NCBI GenBank assembly: GCA_044225365.1
Contig: JBGAIQ010000005.1
Location: 160,001-224,000, forward strand
DNA: 64,000 nucleotides
DNA from: Planctomycetota bacterium
Lineage (GTDB): Bacteria; Planctomycetota; B15-G4; JADJEK01
Reading direction: 5' to 3'
Shown: in pieces, positions 1-9,655 of the stretch
Layout of the letters: each line of letters begins with the position of its first letter
Position numbering within the stretch: position 1 is the stretch's first letter
Made by a program: the position numbers and the translations under genes
Notes under the pieces: model-generated
Told to the model about the DNA's origin: nothing
The model's input: the letters and a program-made list of their open reading frames with translations, nothing else
The model's database searches: none

Positions 1-2
1 GA

Positions 3-1655
3 TCGCTCGACACGTCGTTCAACGGCGGCCGCGACGCGTTCGTCGCGAAGCTCACGGACAGCGGATCGTCGCTCGTCTTCGCCACGTTCCTCGGCGGAGG
101 CAACGACGACGAGGCGACGGCCATCGTCGCCGACAACTTCGGCTCGCTCGCACTCGCCGGGCAGACCCGCTCGCCGAACTTCCCGACCACGGGCGGCGCG
201 TTCGATACGACCTACAACGGGGACGAGGACGGCTTCGTGGTGCAGCTCGATTCGAGCGGCTCGATCCTCGACTTCGGATCCTATCTCGGGAGCACCGGAG
301 AGGATGTTCCGAGCGGCGTCGCGTTCGCGGACGACGGCAGCGTGATCGTCGCCGGAACGACCGATTCGCAATCGTTCCCGGTCCAGGCTGGCGCCTTCGA
401 TCTGACGCCCAATGGCGGCCGCGACGCGTTCCTCGTCCGCTTCTCGGCGAGCGGCAGCGCGCTGACCTACTCGACGTACCTGGGCGGCGCGCAGGACGAC
501 GTCGCCTATGGGCTCGCCGTCCAGTCGATCGGTCCTGCGATCGACAATGCGTTCCTCGCGGGAGCGACCACCTCGCCGGACTTCCCGATCACGGGCGGCG
601 CCTTTGATGCCGTCCCGAACGGTGGAGAGGACGCCTTCGTCGTACGACTCTCGACGACGGGCATCCCGCTCTACTCGACGTTCCTCGGCGGCGCGACGGA
701 AGACGCCGCGAGCTGCATCGCGGTCGACGAAACGGGAAGCGCGATCGTCGCGGGCGAGACGTGGTCGCAGAACTTCCCGTCGACTCCCGGCGCGGCGCAA
801 GTGACCCATGCGGGCGGAATCGCCGATGCCTTCGTCACGCGACTCAATCTGACCGGAACGGCGCTCCAGTACTCGACGTTCCTCGGCGGCAGCGATTTCG
901 ATTACGCACGGGCCGTCGCTCTCGACAGTCACGGCGAGGCGCGCATCGGTGGCGTCACTTCCTCGATCGACTTCCCCGTGACGCCGGGTGCGATCCAGGC
1001 CAGCTACGGCGGCGGCTCGACCGACGGATTCATGGCGCGACTCTCCGCGGTCGGAGACAGCTTCCAGAGCGCGACGTACTTCGGCGGCAACCTTCCCGAC
1101 GCGATCGGCTCGATTCGCGTGGATTGCGTCGGCGATACGATCGCCGGCGGCTCGTCGTACTCGGGGAACATCCCGCTCACATTCGGAGCGTTCGACACGT
1201 CGTACAACGGCCAGCTCGATGGATTCGTCGTCAAATCGAAGAAGGAGACGACGACCTGCGGATTGCCGGCGACATCCTCGAACTACGGCGCGGGCAAGCC
1301 CGGCACGCTCGGCATCCCGACGCTGACGACTCTCGTCCTGCCGAAGGTGCCGACGAAGTCGTTTGCGATCGAGATCGGGAACGGGCTCCCGGGCGCTCTG
1401 CCCGTGCTCTTCCTCGGCCCTGCCCCGCTTGCCCTGCCGTTCGATGGCGGTTCGCTCCTCGCCTACCCCGCCTTCATCCTCTTCCTCCTGCCGTTCAACG
1501 GCCTCGGCAAGAGCATCGGCGTCGGGCCGATCTGCGACGTCCCGCTCTACTGCGGCGCCACGGTGTATCTGCAGGCGATGTTCCAGGACCCCGGCGCGAC
1601 CGGCTTCTATCACACGGCGCAGACCCCTGGCCTCACCTTCACCCTCGGCAACTGA
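3..1655 (+). CDS. SBBP beta-propeller repeat protein (5'-truncated by window) with C-terminal recurrent surface module
   Basis: Frame is open from base 3 (SLDTSFNGGRDAFVAKL...). Repeated DAFVxRL...YSTxLGG...D.A..IAVD...G.T.S.DFP units. Ends in NYGAGKPG...VYLQAMFQDP...PGLTFTLGN. Confidence 0.88.
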   Translation, partial: SLDTSFNGGRDAFVAKLTDSGSSLVFATFLGGGNDDEATAIVADNFGSLALAGQTRSPNFPTTGGAFDTTYNGDEDGFVVQLDSSGSILDFGSYLGSTGEDVPSGVAFADDGSVIVAGTTDSQSFPVQAGAFDLTPNGGRDAFLVRFSASGSALTYSTYLGGAQDDVAYGLAVQSIGPAIDNAFLAGATTSPDFPITGGAFDAVPNGGEDAFVVRLSTTGIPLYSTFLGGATEDAASCIAVDETGSAIVAGETWSQNFPSTPGAAQVTHAGGIADAFVTRLNLTGTALQYSTFLGGSDFDYARAVALDSHGEARIGGVTSSIDFPVTPGAIQASYGGGSTDGFMARLSAVGDSFQSATYFGGNLPDAIGSIRVDCVGDTIAGGSSYSGNIPLTFGAFDTSYNGQLDGFVVKSKKETTTCGLPATSSNYGAGKPGTLGIPTLTTLVLPKVPTKSFAIEIGNGLPGALPVLFLGPAPLALPFDGGSLLAYPAFILFLLPFNGLGKSIGVGPICDVPLYCGATVYLQAMFQDPGATGFYHTAQTPGLTFTLGN

Positions 1656-1682
1656 TCGACGCGAAGCTGCCGCGAGAAAGCA

Positions 1683-1723
1683 AAACGACCCCCGCGCGAT
1701 CGGACATCGCGCGGGGGTCGTTT
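1683..1723. terminator. Bidirectional intrinsic terminator between convergent genes
   Basis: Perfect 18-bp inverted repeat AAACGACCCCCGCGCGAT-cggac-ATCGCGCGGGGGTCGTTT with A/T ends, between stops at 1655 (+) and 1758 (-). Confidence 0.85.
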
Positions 1724-1757
1724 CATGAATTGGGGATTGGAGGATCGGGGGAGTGGA

Positions 1758-2519
1758 TCACGGCATCTGGCTGATCTTCAGGCTGCCGGCGCCGGCGACG
1801 ATGCGGTCGCTGTCGACATCGTTCCAGCTCGCGAAACCCTCGAGGAAGAGGACACCCTTCGCTGCGGTGTCGACCGCGTTGCCGACGTCGGCTGCGTTCG
1901 CGGCGGCGACCGCTGTGCTGAACGCGAGACCATTCGCCCAGGCGACGAGGAACGGCGCGTAGCTGACGGCGGAGTCGGCGTAGATCTTCTTCGAGCCCGA
2001 GGCGACCTTGAAGCCCGCGGCGAGCCACGACGAATTGTGCGTCGAACCGTAGCACGCCGTCGAGAACACGACCCGGAGCTTCCCGCGCTGCGCCGTGGTG
2101 AGCTTGCTCGTGATGTCGTTCTTCACCTTCGTCATCGTCACCGTGCCGTTGCTGAACAGGACGCTGCCCGAAAGACCGTGAGTCACGAAGATCAGGTCGA
2201 CGGCCTTCACAGTCGACTTGTTGGTGATCGAATCGAGCTTGTCCGAGAGCGCGGCGCAGGTCGCCGCGGCGCCGGTGACGTAGGTCACTGCGTTGTAGTT
2301 CGGGTTCAGGTTGATCTGAGCGAGGCCCTGCGCCGAGAACTCGACGAAGTCGTAGAACGCCTGTTGCGCGGGACTCCCTTGACTCAGATTGGCAATGAAG
2401 ACGAGCGCTTCACGTTGGCTCTTGGAGATCGTCGTGGTGGCATGCGCATGCGCGGCAAAGCCGAGGGTGGAGACGACGAGGGCGAAGGAAACGACGAGGC
2501 TCTTGATCGTGCGGAACAT
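1758..2519 (-). CDS. Secreted protein, putative clan CD (caspase-hemoglobinase fold) cysteine peptidase
   Basis: ATG at 2519 after AGGAG. Signal peptide MFRTIKSLVVSFALVVSTLGFAAHAHA. Motifs DLIFVTHG and RVVFSTACYG. The ORF is solid; the function is inferred. Confidence 0.6.
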   Translation of the reverse strand: MFRTIKSLVVSFALVVSTLGFAAHAHATTTISKSQREALVFIANLSQGSPAQQAFYDFVEFSAQGLAQINLNPNYNAVTYVTGAAATCAALSDKLDSITNKSTVKAVDLIFVTHGLSGSVLFSNGTVTMTKVKNDITSKLTTAQRGKLRVVFSTACYGSTHNSSWLAAGFKVASGSKKIYADSAVSYAPFLVAWANGLAFSTAVAAANAADVGNAVDTAAKGVLFLEGFASWNDVDSDRIVAGAGSLKISQMP

Positions 2520-2628
2520 GGGTTTGGCTCCTGTTTCTACGTCCCGATCCGCACTCGAAGTGAGTGCGACTTCCGGACAGAAGATCGAGGCGGCAACTCC
2601 CAGGATTTCCGACGGTGATTTCTCGCGT

Positions 2629-4278
2629 TCAGCCGAAGGTGATCGCAACGCCGTTCGAATTCACGAATCCGAGAGCGTGCGCGGAGTCCGGCAGGAACGC
2701 CTGCAGCATCAGCGCCTGGCCCGCGAGCCCCGACGGAACCGTCGCGGGCGCAACCGCCCAACCCGTCGAGGGCACCCAACTCTGGACCGGCCAATTCGAG
2801 ACCAGGAGGATCAACGGCTGCACGTCGATCGTGCATTCGGTCGGGTGGATTCGCGTGTCGTCGATCGCATTGCCCACGAACAGCATCGCGAAGTTCGCGC
2901 CCTTGATGTTGGTGAGGGACAACGCGACGGACACTCCCGCCGTCGGGCGCCCGGTGAACTGCAGGTGAGGCGCCTGCGCGGCGCTCGCACCACAACCGTG
3001 GCCGTACTCCGTGACGTGCCCGACGCGAGGGACGACGGCCGACGTGACGACGGCCACCACGGACGCAGCCGTGGCGGTGCTCGCTGCGAACTCGGTGGTG
3101 AGCACGACATCGTCGCGGCCATCGGCGTCGACATCGCCCGCGAACGCCAGGGCGGAACCGAGCGGTGCCGACATGGAGTTACCCGGCAACGCGAACAACG
3201 AGACTCCGCCCGAGCCGGAGTAGGCGTAGAGCTTGCCCGCCGTGCCCGCACCCGGAGCTCCGACCACGAGGTCGGGTATCGAGTCGCCGTCGAGATCTCC
3301 TCCGCCGTCGAGCGCGGTGCCGAAGCCGTCCCCCATCGCGCTGCCATGAACCTCGAACAGCGATTGCCAGCTCGCTCCCGATACGACGCGGACGAACGAG
3401 GCCTGGCCGAACGAATCGACCGTGAGCGCCGCGTCGGGAGTGCCATCCTGATCGACATCACCCGCAGCGGTGAACATGCCGGAGAACTCGTCACCGGGAT
3501 ACGGGAGCGCGAGCACCTGGATCGACGCGCCGTCCTTGCCGGAGAAGAACCGGATCTCCGCGGATCCGATCGTCGGCGTATCGCTCGCCGCGACATCCGC
3601 GAATCCATCGTGGTTCAGGTCGCCCATGCCGTCGAGCTGTTTCCCGAGCATCGAGAAGGAGTAGGCGGTGGCGGTGAACAAGGTCTGTCCCGTCGCGCCC
3701 GAGAACACCTGGATCATGCCCTCGTCGTGGAAGAAAGTGTCGGCATTCGGCCAGCCCACGAGGATGTCCGGCGTGCCGTCGGCGTCGACATCCCCCGCCG
3801 CCGCCGCGACGCCCGGTACGTCGGGCGAGAAGTTCGACAGCGGGCCATGGAATACGCGCAGGACACTCCCCGTGCGGCCTGAGAACACTCGAACCCGCCC
3901 GTGCCCGGAGAGTCCGTCGCCGGCGAGCAACACGTCGCCGATTGCGAATTCACCCCCGCCGTCGTGATCGAGATCACCGACGAAGGCGACCGAATCACCG
4001 AGGTGGACGTTCGGAATGTCGCCGTCGATCACATAGAGGACGCCGCCGTCGCGTCCCGAAACGATGCGGACCGTGCCCTGGATCAGCGAGAGATCGCCAT
4101 CCTGCTTCGCTGCGATGAGCAGATCGGGAATCCCGTCCCCGTCCACATCCCCACCGCCGGCGAGAGCCGAGCCGAAGAGATCGGAGGGCGCGTCCCCGCG
4201 CACGCGGAACAACTCGCTCTGCCCGAAGGCGGAGCCGCAGAAGATCGCCAATGTCGAAGCGATGATTCGGACGCGCAT
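2629..4278 (-). CDS. FG-GAP (integrin-alpha-like) beta-propeller secreted protein with C-terminal recurrent module
   Basis: Signal peptide. Seven GDxDxDGxxD repeats, several with FG/GAP-type flanks. C-terminal EYGHGCG...LMLQAFLPD...SNGVAITFG. Confidence 0.88.
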   Translation of the reverse strand: MRVRIIASTLAIFCGSAFGQSELFRVRGDAPSDLFGSALAGGGDVDGDGIPDLLIAAKQDGDLSLIQGTVRIVSGRDGGVLYVIDGDIPNVHLGDSVAFVGDLDHDGGGEFAIGDVLLAGDGLSGHGRVRVFSGRTGSVLRVFHGPLSNFSPDVPGVAAAAGDVDADGTPDILVGWPNADTFFHDEGMIQVFSGATGQTLFTATAYSFSMLGKQLDGMGDLNHDGFADVAASDTPTIGSAEIRFFSGKDGASIQVLALPYPGDEFSGMFTAAGDVDQDGTPDAALTVDSFGQASFVRVVSGASWQSLFEVHGSAMGDGFGTALDGGGDLDGDSIPDLVVGAPGAGTAGKLYAYSGSGGVSLFALPGNSMSAPLGSALAFAGDVDADGRDDVVLTTEFAASTATAASVVAVVTSAVVPRVGHVTEYGHGCGASAAQAPHLQFTGRPTAGVSVALSLTNIKGANFAMLFVGNAIDDTRIHPTECTIDVQPLILLVSNWPVQSWVPSTGWAVAPATVPSGLAGQALMLQAFLPDSAHALGFVNSNGVAITFG

Positions 4279-4482
4279 GGCATTCTCCCTGACGCGATCG
4301 GAGATCGACCGCTCCCCGCGAAGACTGCAACTCGCGTACCTTCACGCCGTGCCGGCTCGCCGACGCATTTCATCGAGGAATTCGGCCCGAAGAGGGTCCG
4401 GTGACTGCGGCGGCTGGGGGAGATTCGTCAGGCAAGGAGCGACGAAAGCAGGCAGATCTCACGGCGCCGATGCCGATCCGCG

Positions 4483-5337
4483 TCAGGAGTGCGGAACGCC
4501 GGCGGGCTCGCTGAGCGCCCGGATGCGGTCGATGACCGCGTGGATCATCTCGTCGGGCGTCGATGCTCCGGCCGAGACTCCGACCGATTCCGCGTTCCGG
4601 AACCACTCGCCTTCGAGGTCGTCCGGAGAACGCACCTGGTGCGAGCGCGGGTTCAGCGACTTCGCGATCGTCGCGAGGCGCTTCGTGTTTGCGCTGGTGA
4701 ACGAGCCGACGATGATGACGACGTCGTTCTCTGCCGCGAGCTCCCGGATCTCTTCCTGGTTGAGGCGAGTCGGGAAGCAGATCGTGTTGATGAATCGCAG
4801 ATCGACGACCTTCCGCACGAGGACATCGAGCACGGCGCTCACGTTGTCGAGAATCTGTGTCGATTGCGAGACCACGCCGCAGCGCCGCATGCGCGGCAGC
4901 TTCTCGGCCTCGTCGGGCCCGCTCACGATCGTCGCGTTCTCGACCTGACTCGCGATGCCCACGACTTCGTCGTGGCCGTGATCGCCGACGATCACGATCT
5001 GGCGACCTTCCGCCGCGAGTTCGCGCACTTCGGCGTGGATCTTCGAGACGAGTGGGCACGTGCCGTCGAGGATCTGCAACCCCTGCTCGTTCGCAGCCTT
5101 CCAGACGTCGACCGCGGTGCCGTGAGCGCGGAAGAGCAGCGGCGCGCCCTTCGCTTCTTCGAGCGTCTTCACGACCTTCACACCGGAATCGGCGAGCTTG
5201 CGAACCACGATCTCGTTGTGGACGATGTCCCCGAGCATCGTGACGCTGCCGTACTTCTTCGCGCTCTCCAGCGCGAGTTCGACCGCGTCGCGGACTCCAA
5301 AGCAGTATCCGGCGTGTTTGGCGAGTTCGATTCGCAT
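4483..5337 (-). CDS. ispH: 4-hydroxy-3-methylbut-2-enyl diphosphate reductase
   Basis: GYCFGVRDA, IVHN, FRAHG, DGTCPLVSKIH, HDEV, NTIC, SANTKRL, GVSAGASTP motifs with three cluster Cys. Confidence 0.97.
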   Translation of the reverse strand: MRIELAKHAGYCFGVRDAVELALESAKKYGSVTMLGDIVHNEIVVRKLADSGVKVVKTLEEAKGAPLLFRAHGTAVDVWKAANEQGLQILDGTCPLVSKIHAEVRELAAEGRQIVIVGDHGHDEVVGIASQVENATIVSGPDEAEKLPRMRRCGVVSQSTQILDNVSAVLDVLVRKVVDLRFINTICFPTRLNQEEIRELAAENDVVIIVGSFTSANTKRLATIAKSLNPRSHQVRSPDDLEGEWFRNAESVGVSAGASTPDEMIHAVIDRIRALSEPAGVPHS

Positions 5338-5589
5338 TTGCGGTCGGCGTCGGCCCTTGGCCCTTGAATGAGAGAATCACGCGTTCCGCCGCACCATCGC
5401 GTCGCACGCGCTCTTCGTCATGTTAGCGCCGAGGCGAATCCGCGCCGTGCAAAACCGTGGAGCGGGGATCGCCGCGCCGGGAGAACTCGTTCCTTCGTAA
5501 GAGGGCGTCGCCGCAGCGCCTTGCATCCATCGTAGGACGCCGGTGATCGCGCGAGCGACCTCAGCACGACGCCAGTCTCGCTGCCGGCC

Positions 5590-5618
5590 TTGCCGATAAC
5601 CTCGTGATCGAATATGGT
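5590..5618 (+). promoter_or_regulatory. Putative sigma70 promoter of the hydrolase-rluA unit
   Basis: TTGCCG-17 nt-TATGGT about 80 nt upstream of ATG 5701. Confidence 0.5.
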
Positions 5619-5700
5619 TTGTGGGTACGCGACGAAATCCCTTTCGCGTAACCCGACCGCGACGTCGCCCCCAATCCCCGACCCGAGAAGAACCGAACCG

Positions 5701-7536
5701 ATGAATGCCTCGCACTCGAATCGGCCGCGCCGCGCGAATTGGTGGGCATCCGCTCTCTTGCTCGCCGCGAGTTCGACCCTGATGCTCGCGGGGTTTCCGA
5801 CTCCCCTCACGACGACGATTCCACCCCGCAAAGCGACGCTCGATACCAGCATCTCCGTCGTCGACGCGCAGTCGGCCACGGCCGCCCAGGCGGAGAATCT
5901 GCTCCGCAAGACGGGGAAACAGGGCGGTAACAAGCAAGGGACCACCGCGGCCGCTGGCAACTACACGCTCACGCAGGTGGACCTGCCGTCGTCGATCACC
6001 GGCACGGGCTTCATGGAGCGCATCCAGATCATGACGCCCGCGGGATACAACCCGGCAGGGCCGAACGTCCCGATGATCCTCGTCGCGAATGGCTACGGCC
6101 TTTCGGCGTTCTCGTTCTTCAACGGGATGTCGGGGATCCCCGACGAGGCCGCAGCGCGCGGCTGGTTGATCTGCGCGGTGACCCAGCTCGATGACAAGTC
6201 GTTCGGCGCCTGGAACAAGCCGCAGGGCAATGTCACCGCCGCGCTCAATCACATGGTCAACAACTACCGTGTGGACGTCGATCGCATCTACGCCGTCGGT
6301 TGGTCGGCGGGCGGCGGCTCGATGGCGTCGTATTCCGCGCGCCACCTCGACCCGGCGAAGCCGATGATCGCGGCGCTCGCCGTCGACGCCGGTTCGCTCG
6401 ACCTCGTCGACGTCTACGACAGCGAGGTCGTGTCGGTCCAGAACATCATGCAGAACGTCGCGCTCTTCGAAGGTCCCCCGAGCGGCGCGGCCTACCACTA
6501 CAATTACGAACGAACCGAGACGGTCTTCACGATCCAGGCCACGGGCGCGCTCAACACCAATTTCTGCCAGGCTCGCAATCTCAAGAACATCCCGGTCTAC
6601 CACGTCTACTCGACCGACGACACGATCCCGTACCTGCCGACCCAGAACCAGATGTTCGACACGATCCTGAACGGCATCGGCGCGAACCTCACGACGCACA
6701 CGTCGTCCGGTCTCCCGACGCCGCACTCTTGGAACCTGCTCGATCCGGTGACGACGCTGAACTTCCTTCAGCAATACACGGTGAATCGCACTCCGGCGAA
6801 CTTCCAGCTCAACGCCGATCGCAGCGACAACTTCTACTGGTCGACGCTCACGCAGCGGACGACTGGACAGTACTCCCGGATCGGCGTCACGACGAATCTG
6901 GCGACGAACGCGCTCACGCTCACCGGTGTCTCGAACCTCAGCACGATCAAGCTGACTCCGCCTGCGAGCGCGCTCAATCTCGCGCAGCGACTCACGGTTT
7001 CGGTGGAGAATCAGGATGCATCCTCGCTCACGCTGACGCTGAAGGGCACTGCGCTCGCTTCACCGAGCTACGTCCTCCTCGGATCGCAGATCTTCACGTC
7101 GTGGATCTTCGACTCGAACGGGCTCACGCTCACCGTTCCCGCTTCTGCGACATCGAACTTCACGATCGGCTACGACGTCTACACCGGCGTGCTGACCGCG
7201 CCGGGCACGGTCAACATCGGCACCAACATGCCGCTCACCCTGACGGCATCGACCCCCAACAAGCCGGCGCTCCTGCTCATCAATACGTTCGCCTACCCCC
7301 TCGCGTTGTCGCTGATCGATCCGGGCGACTCGCGATACGTTCTCGTGGGCATCGACGCTGGAGCGATCCTCCTCCCCCTCACGTTCGGGCCTTCGGCCTC
7401 GCTCTCGTTCAACGTCTTCATTCCCTCGAATCCGGCGTACATCAATGCGACGCTCTCGATGCAGTTCGTGACGTATCCCGGTTTCACGACGATCATCGAC
7501 GAGATCTCGAACCTCGCACAGACACGTCTCCAGTAG
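5701..7536 (+). CDS. Secreted alpha/beta-hydrolase (esterase/depolymerase-like) with C-terminal recurrent module
   Basis: N-terminal signal. Nucleophile elbow GWSAGG, candidate Asp (STDDTIP) and His (PHSW). C-terminal ...IPSNPAYINATLSMQFVT...ISNLAQTRLQ. Confidence 0.8.
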   Translation: MNASHSNRPRRANWWASALLLAASSTLMLAGFPTPLTTTIPPRKATLDTSISVVDAQSATAAQAENLLRKTGKQGGNKQGTTAAAGNYTLTQVDLPSSITGTGFMERIQIMTPAGYNPAGPNVPMILVANGYGLSAFSFFNGMSGIPDEAAARGWLICAVTQLDDKSFGAWNKPQGNVTAALNHMVNNYRVDVDRIYAVGWSAGGGSMASYSARHLDPAKPMIAALAVDAGSLDLVDVYDSEVVSVQNIMQNVALFEGPPSGAAYHYNYERTETVFTIQATGALNTNFCQARNLKNIPVYHVYSTDDTIPYLPTQNQMFDTILNGIGANLTTHTSSGLPTPHSWNLLDPVTTLNFLQQYTVNRTPANFQLNADRSDNFYWSTLTQRTTGQYSRIGVTTNLATNALTLTGVSNLSTIKLTPPASALNLAQRLTVSVENQDASSLTLTLKGTALASPSYVLLGSQIFTSWIFDSNGLTLTVPASATSNFTIGYDVYTGVLTAPGTVNIGTNMPLTLTASTPNKPALLLINTFAYPLALSLIDPGDSRYVLVGIDAGAILLPLTFGPSASLSFNVFIPSNPAYINATLSMQFVTYPGFTTIIDEISNLAQTRLQ

Positions 7537-8546
7537 TGAACCGTCCACCGCGCAAACAGCACTTCGTCGTCGAACCCGATCAACGCGGCAAGACTCCGTT
7601 CCAGTACCTTCGTCGCGTACTCCCCGACGCCTCCGCGGGCATCCTGCGAGAGTTACTGAAGCGGGACTGCGTGACGGTCGACGGCAAGATCGCGCTCCAC
7701 ACTCGCCCGCTCCAAGGCGGAGCCTGGCTGGAGGTGGACTGGCCGCCCGAACTCCAGGATCGCGTCGCGAAACCGCGGACGACGCACGCGGAGATCCGCG
7801 AACTCTATCTTTCGCCGCGAATCCTCGTCGTCGACAAGCCGGCCGGGGTTTCGGTCGTCGCCGAGCGGCGACGCGATCGCGACACGCTCGTCGACCTGCT
7901 ACCCGAGTCGATCGCGGTCGATGCTTCTTCGGGTGTGCGCGTGAAAGTCGTCCATCGGATCGACAAGCACACGAGCGGAGCTCTCCTCCTGGCCCGCGAT
8001 CGTGAGGCGAAGAAAGCGCTGTGCCAGGATTTCCTCGAGCGAAAGATCGAGAAGGAGTATCTCGCCATCGTGCGTGGGAGATTCCCGGACGACATCGAGC
8101 AGGTCGACGCACCGATCGCGACGGATAGGAAGCATGCCCTCAAGATGGTGATCGACGAGAAGCGCGGGAAGGCGAGCCTCACCCGCTTCAAGGTCGAGAA
8201 GCGCTTCGACGGCTACACGCTCGTCCGGGCCTTCCCGATCACCGGCCGCACGCACCAGATCCGGGTGCACCTCGCCCACGTCGGATTCCCGATCCTCTGC
8301 GACGAGGTCTATGGATCGGCCCCCCTGCTCATGCTCTCCGACTTGAAGTTCGGGTACCGCAAACCCCGCGGTTTCGAGGAACGACCGCTCCTGAAGCGCC
8401 TCGCACTCCATTGCGCGAGTCTCGGTTTCACGGATCCCGGTACGAAGGAGAAGGTCCGGGTCACCGCACCGCTCCCTCACGACCTCGCATCGGTCCTGAA
8501 GCAACTCGAACGCTGTCGCCCCCTGCGCACCCGAATGCGTGACTGA
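7536..8546 (+). CDS. RluA/RluD-family RNA pseudouridine synthase
   Basis: GTG start overlaps the upstream TAG. N-terminal S4-like segment, then VVDKPAG, VHRIDKHTSG, TGRTHQIRVH, RLALH. Confidence 0.93.
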   Translation: MNRPPRKQHFVVEPDQRGKTPFQYLRRVLPDASAGILRELLKRDCVTVDGKIALHTRPLQGGAWLEVDWPPELQDRVAKPRTTHAEIRELYLSPRILVVDKPAGVSVVAERRRDRDTLVDLLPESIAVDASSGVRVKVVHRIDKHTSGALLLARDREAKKALCQDFLERKIEKEYLAIVRGRFPDDIEQVDAPIATDRKHALKMVIDEKRGKASLTRFKVEKRFDGYTLVRAFPITGRTHQIRVHLAHVGFPILCDEVYGSAPLLMLSDLKFGYRKPRGFEERPLLKRLALHCASLGFTDPGTKEKVRVTAPLPHDLASVLKQLERCRPLRTRMRD

Positions 8547-8560
8547 CGGCGACGGCCTTC

Positions 8561-8589
8561 TTGAGCGGGGCGAGGAGTTCGGTTAGGCT
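8561..8589 (+). promoter_or_regulatory. Putative sigma70 promoter of rpmH
   Basis: TTGAGC-17 nt-TAGGCT upstream of rpmH. Confidence 0.55.
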
Positions 8590-8680
8590 CTCCCGTTCGA
8601 CCACGCGCGCCGGATCGGGTGACGAAGACCTGGACGCCGCCCTGTCACGACTCGAAGATCGACGAATACTGGAGTGTCCG

Positions 8681-8815
8681 ATGAAGCTGAACGTCCGCAA
8701 TTCGAAGCTGAAGCGCGCGAAGAAGACGGGTTTCCGTTATCGAATGAGCACGAAGAACGGTCGCAAGATCATCCGCAACCGTCGCCGCCGCGGGCGATCG
8801 CTCTGCGCTCACTGA
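8681..8815 (+). CDS. rpmH: 50S ribosomal protein L34
   Basis: 44 aa MKLNVRNSKLKRAKKTGFRYRMSTKNGRKIIRNRRRRGRSLCAH carries the L34 signature KR..GFR.RM.T..GR....RR..GR. GGAG RBS. Confidence 0.93.
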   Translation: MKLNVRNSKLKRAKKTGFRYRMSTKNGRKIIRNRRRRGRSLCAH

Positions 8816-8830
8816 GCCTGGAATCCTCGC

Positions 8831-9655
8831 TCATGCGCCGCCGCGCCGCTCAGGAGCTCGCTCCGGGCCGCGCGGCGAAACGTTTTTCCGCTCCCAGAGC
8901 TTGGCGTACTTCAGGAATACGTAGTACGCCCCGAGCGTCGCGACGATGAGGCCGCGCGCGCCGTCGAGGAATCCCCCGCGCACGACGTACATCCGCAGGA
9001 ATCGAGCGGGAGGTCGGAACAGGAGGTCGAGGATCCTCGCGCGCCGTCCTGCGACGTCCTTCTCCCGCGCAATGATCGTCGTGTACGAATCGATCTTCGC
9101 GACATGGTGGGCGATGTCGCGATAGTTGTGATGGACGAGCTCGCCGGCGAGCCGGACGACGGGCCCGTCGACTTCGACCCGATCGTGGGGATCCACGCCC
9201 GTCCACCGACCCCGCCGCCGATCGAACAGCCGGAGCCGCCATTCGGGGAACCATCCGCCGTGGTCGATGAACCGCCCGAGGTAGAACGTGTGGCGATTCA
9301 CCTCGTAGCCGACCGTCGCTCCGCCCCGAGCGAGGGCCGACTCGATCTCGCCGCGCAACTGCTCATCGACGCGCTCATCGGCATCGACACACAGCACGAG
9401 ATCGTTCGACGCATTGTCGACGGCGAGTTGCTTCTGCTTCACGTGCCCCAGGAATTCCTGGTCGATCCATCGCAGCTTTGCACCGCAAAGCTCGGTGGCG
9501 ACCCTTCGCGTCGCGTCGGTCGAGAGCGAATCGACGATGACGACCTCGTCCGCGAAGAGAACCGAGGACAGGCAAGCACCGAGGTTGCTCTCCTCGTTGC
9601 GCGTGATGATGCACACGCTGAGCCGAGCTCTCTCCTTCTCAGGACCCTGCTTCAA
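8831..9655 (-). CDS. Family 2 glycosyltransferase (WaaE/KdtX-like beta-1,4-glucosyltransferase type)
   Basis: LSVCIITRNEE, DSLSTDAT, VDADERV, RLFDR, GGFLDGARG, KYAKLWE. TTG start overlaps the upstream TGA (start inferred). Confidence 0.9.
   Translation of the reverse strand: MKQGPEKERARLSVCIITRNEESNLGACLSSVLFADEVVIVDSLSTDATRRVATELCGAKLRWIDQEFLGHVKQKQLAVDNASNDLVLCVDADERVDEQLRGEIESALARGGATVGYEVNRHTFYLGRFIDHGGWFPEWRLRLFDRRRGRWTGVDPHDRVEVDGPVVRLAGELVHHNYRDIAHHVAKIDSYTTIIAREKDVAGRRARILDLLFRPPARFLRMYVVRGGFLDGARGLIVATLGAYYVFLKYAKLWERKNVSPRGPERAPERRGGA

Noticed and set aside
6300-7535. Long N-terminal extensions on RluA (and on TruD, GlcE, HEAT, PAP2, MtaB and UDG in the ORF track) as fusions
   Set aside because: The extensions overlap neighbouring real genes in another frame. 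Downstream starts with RBS or stop-start coupling fit better.
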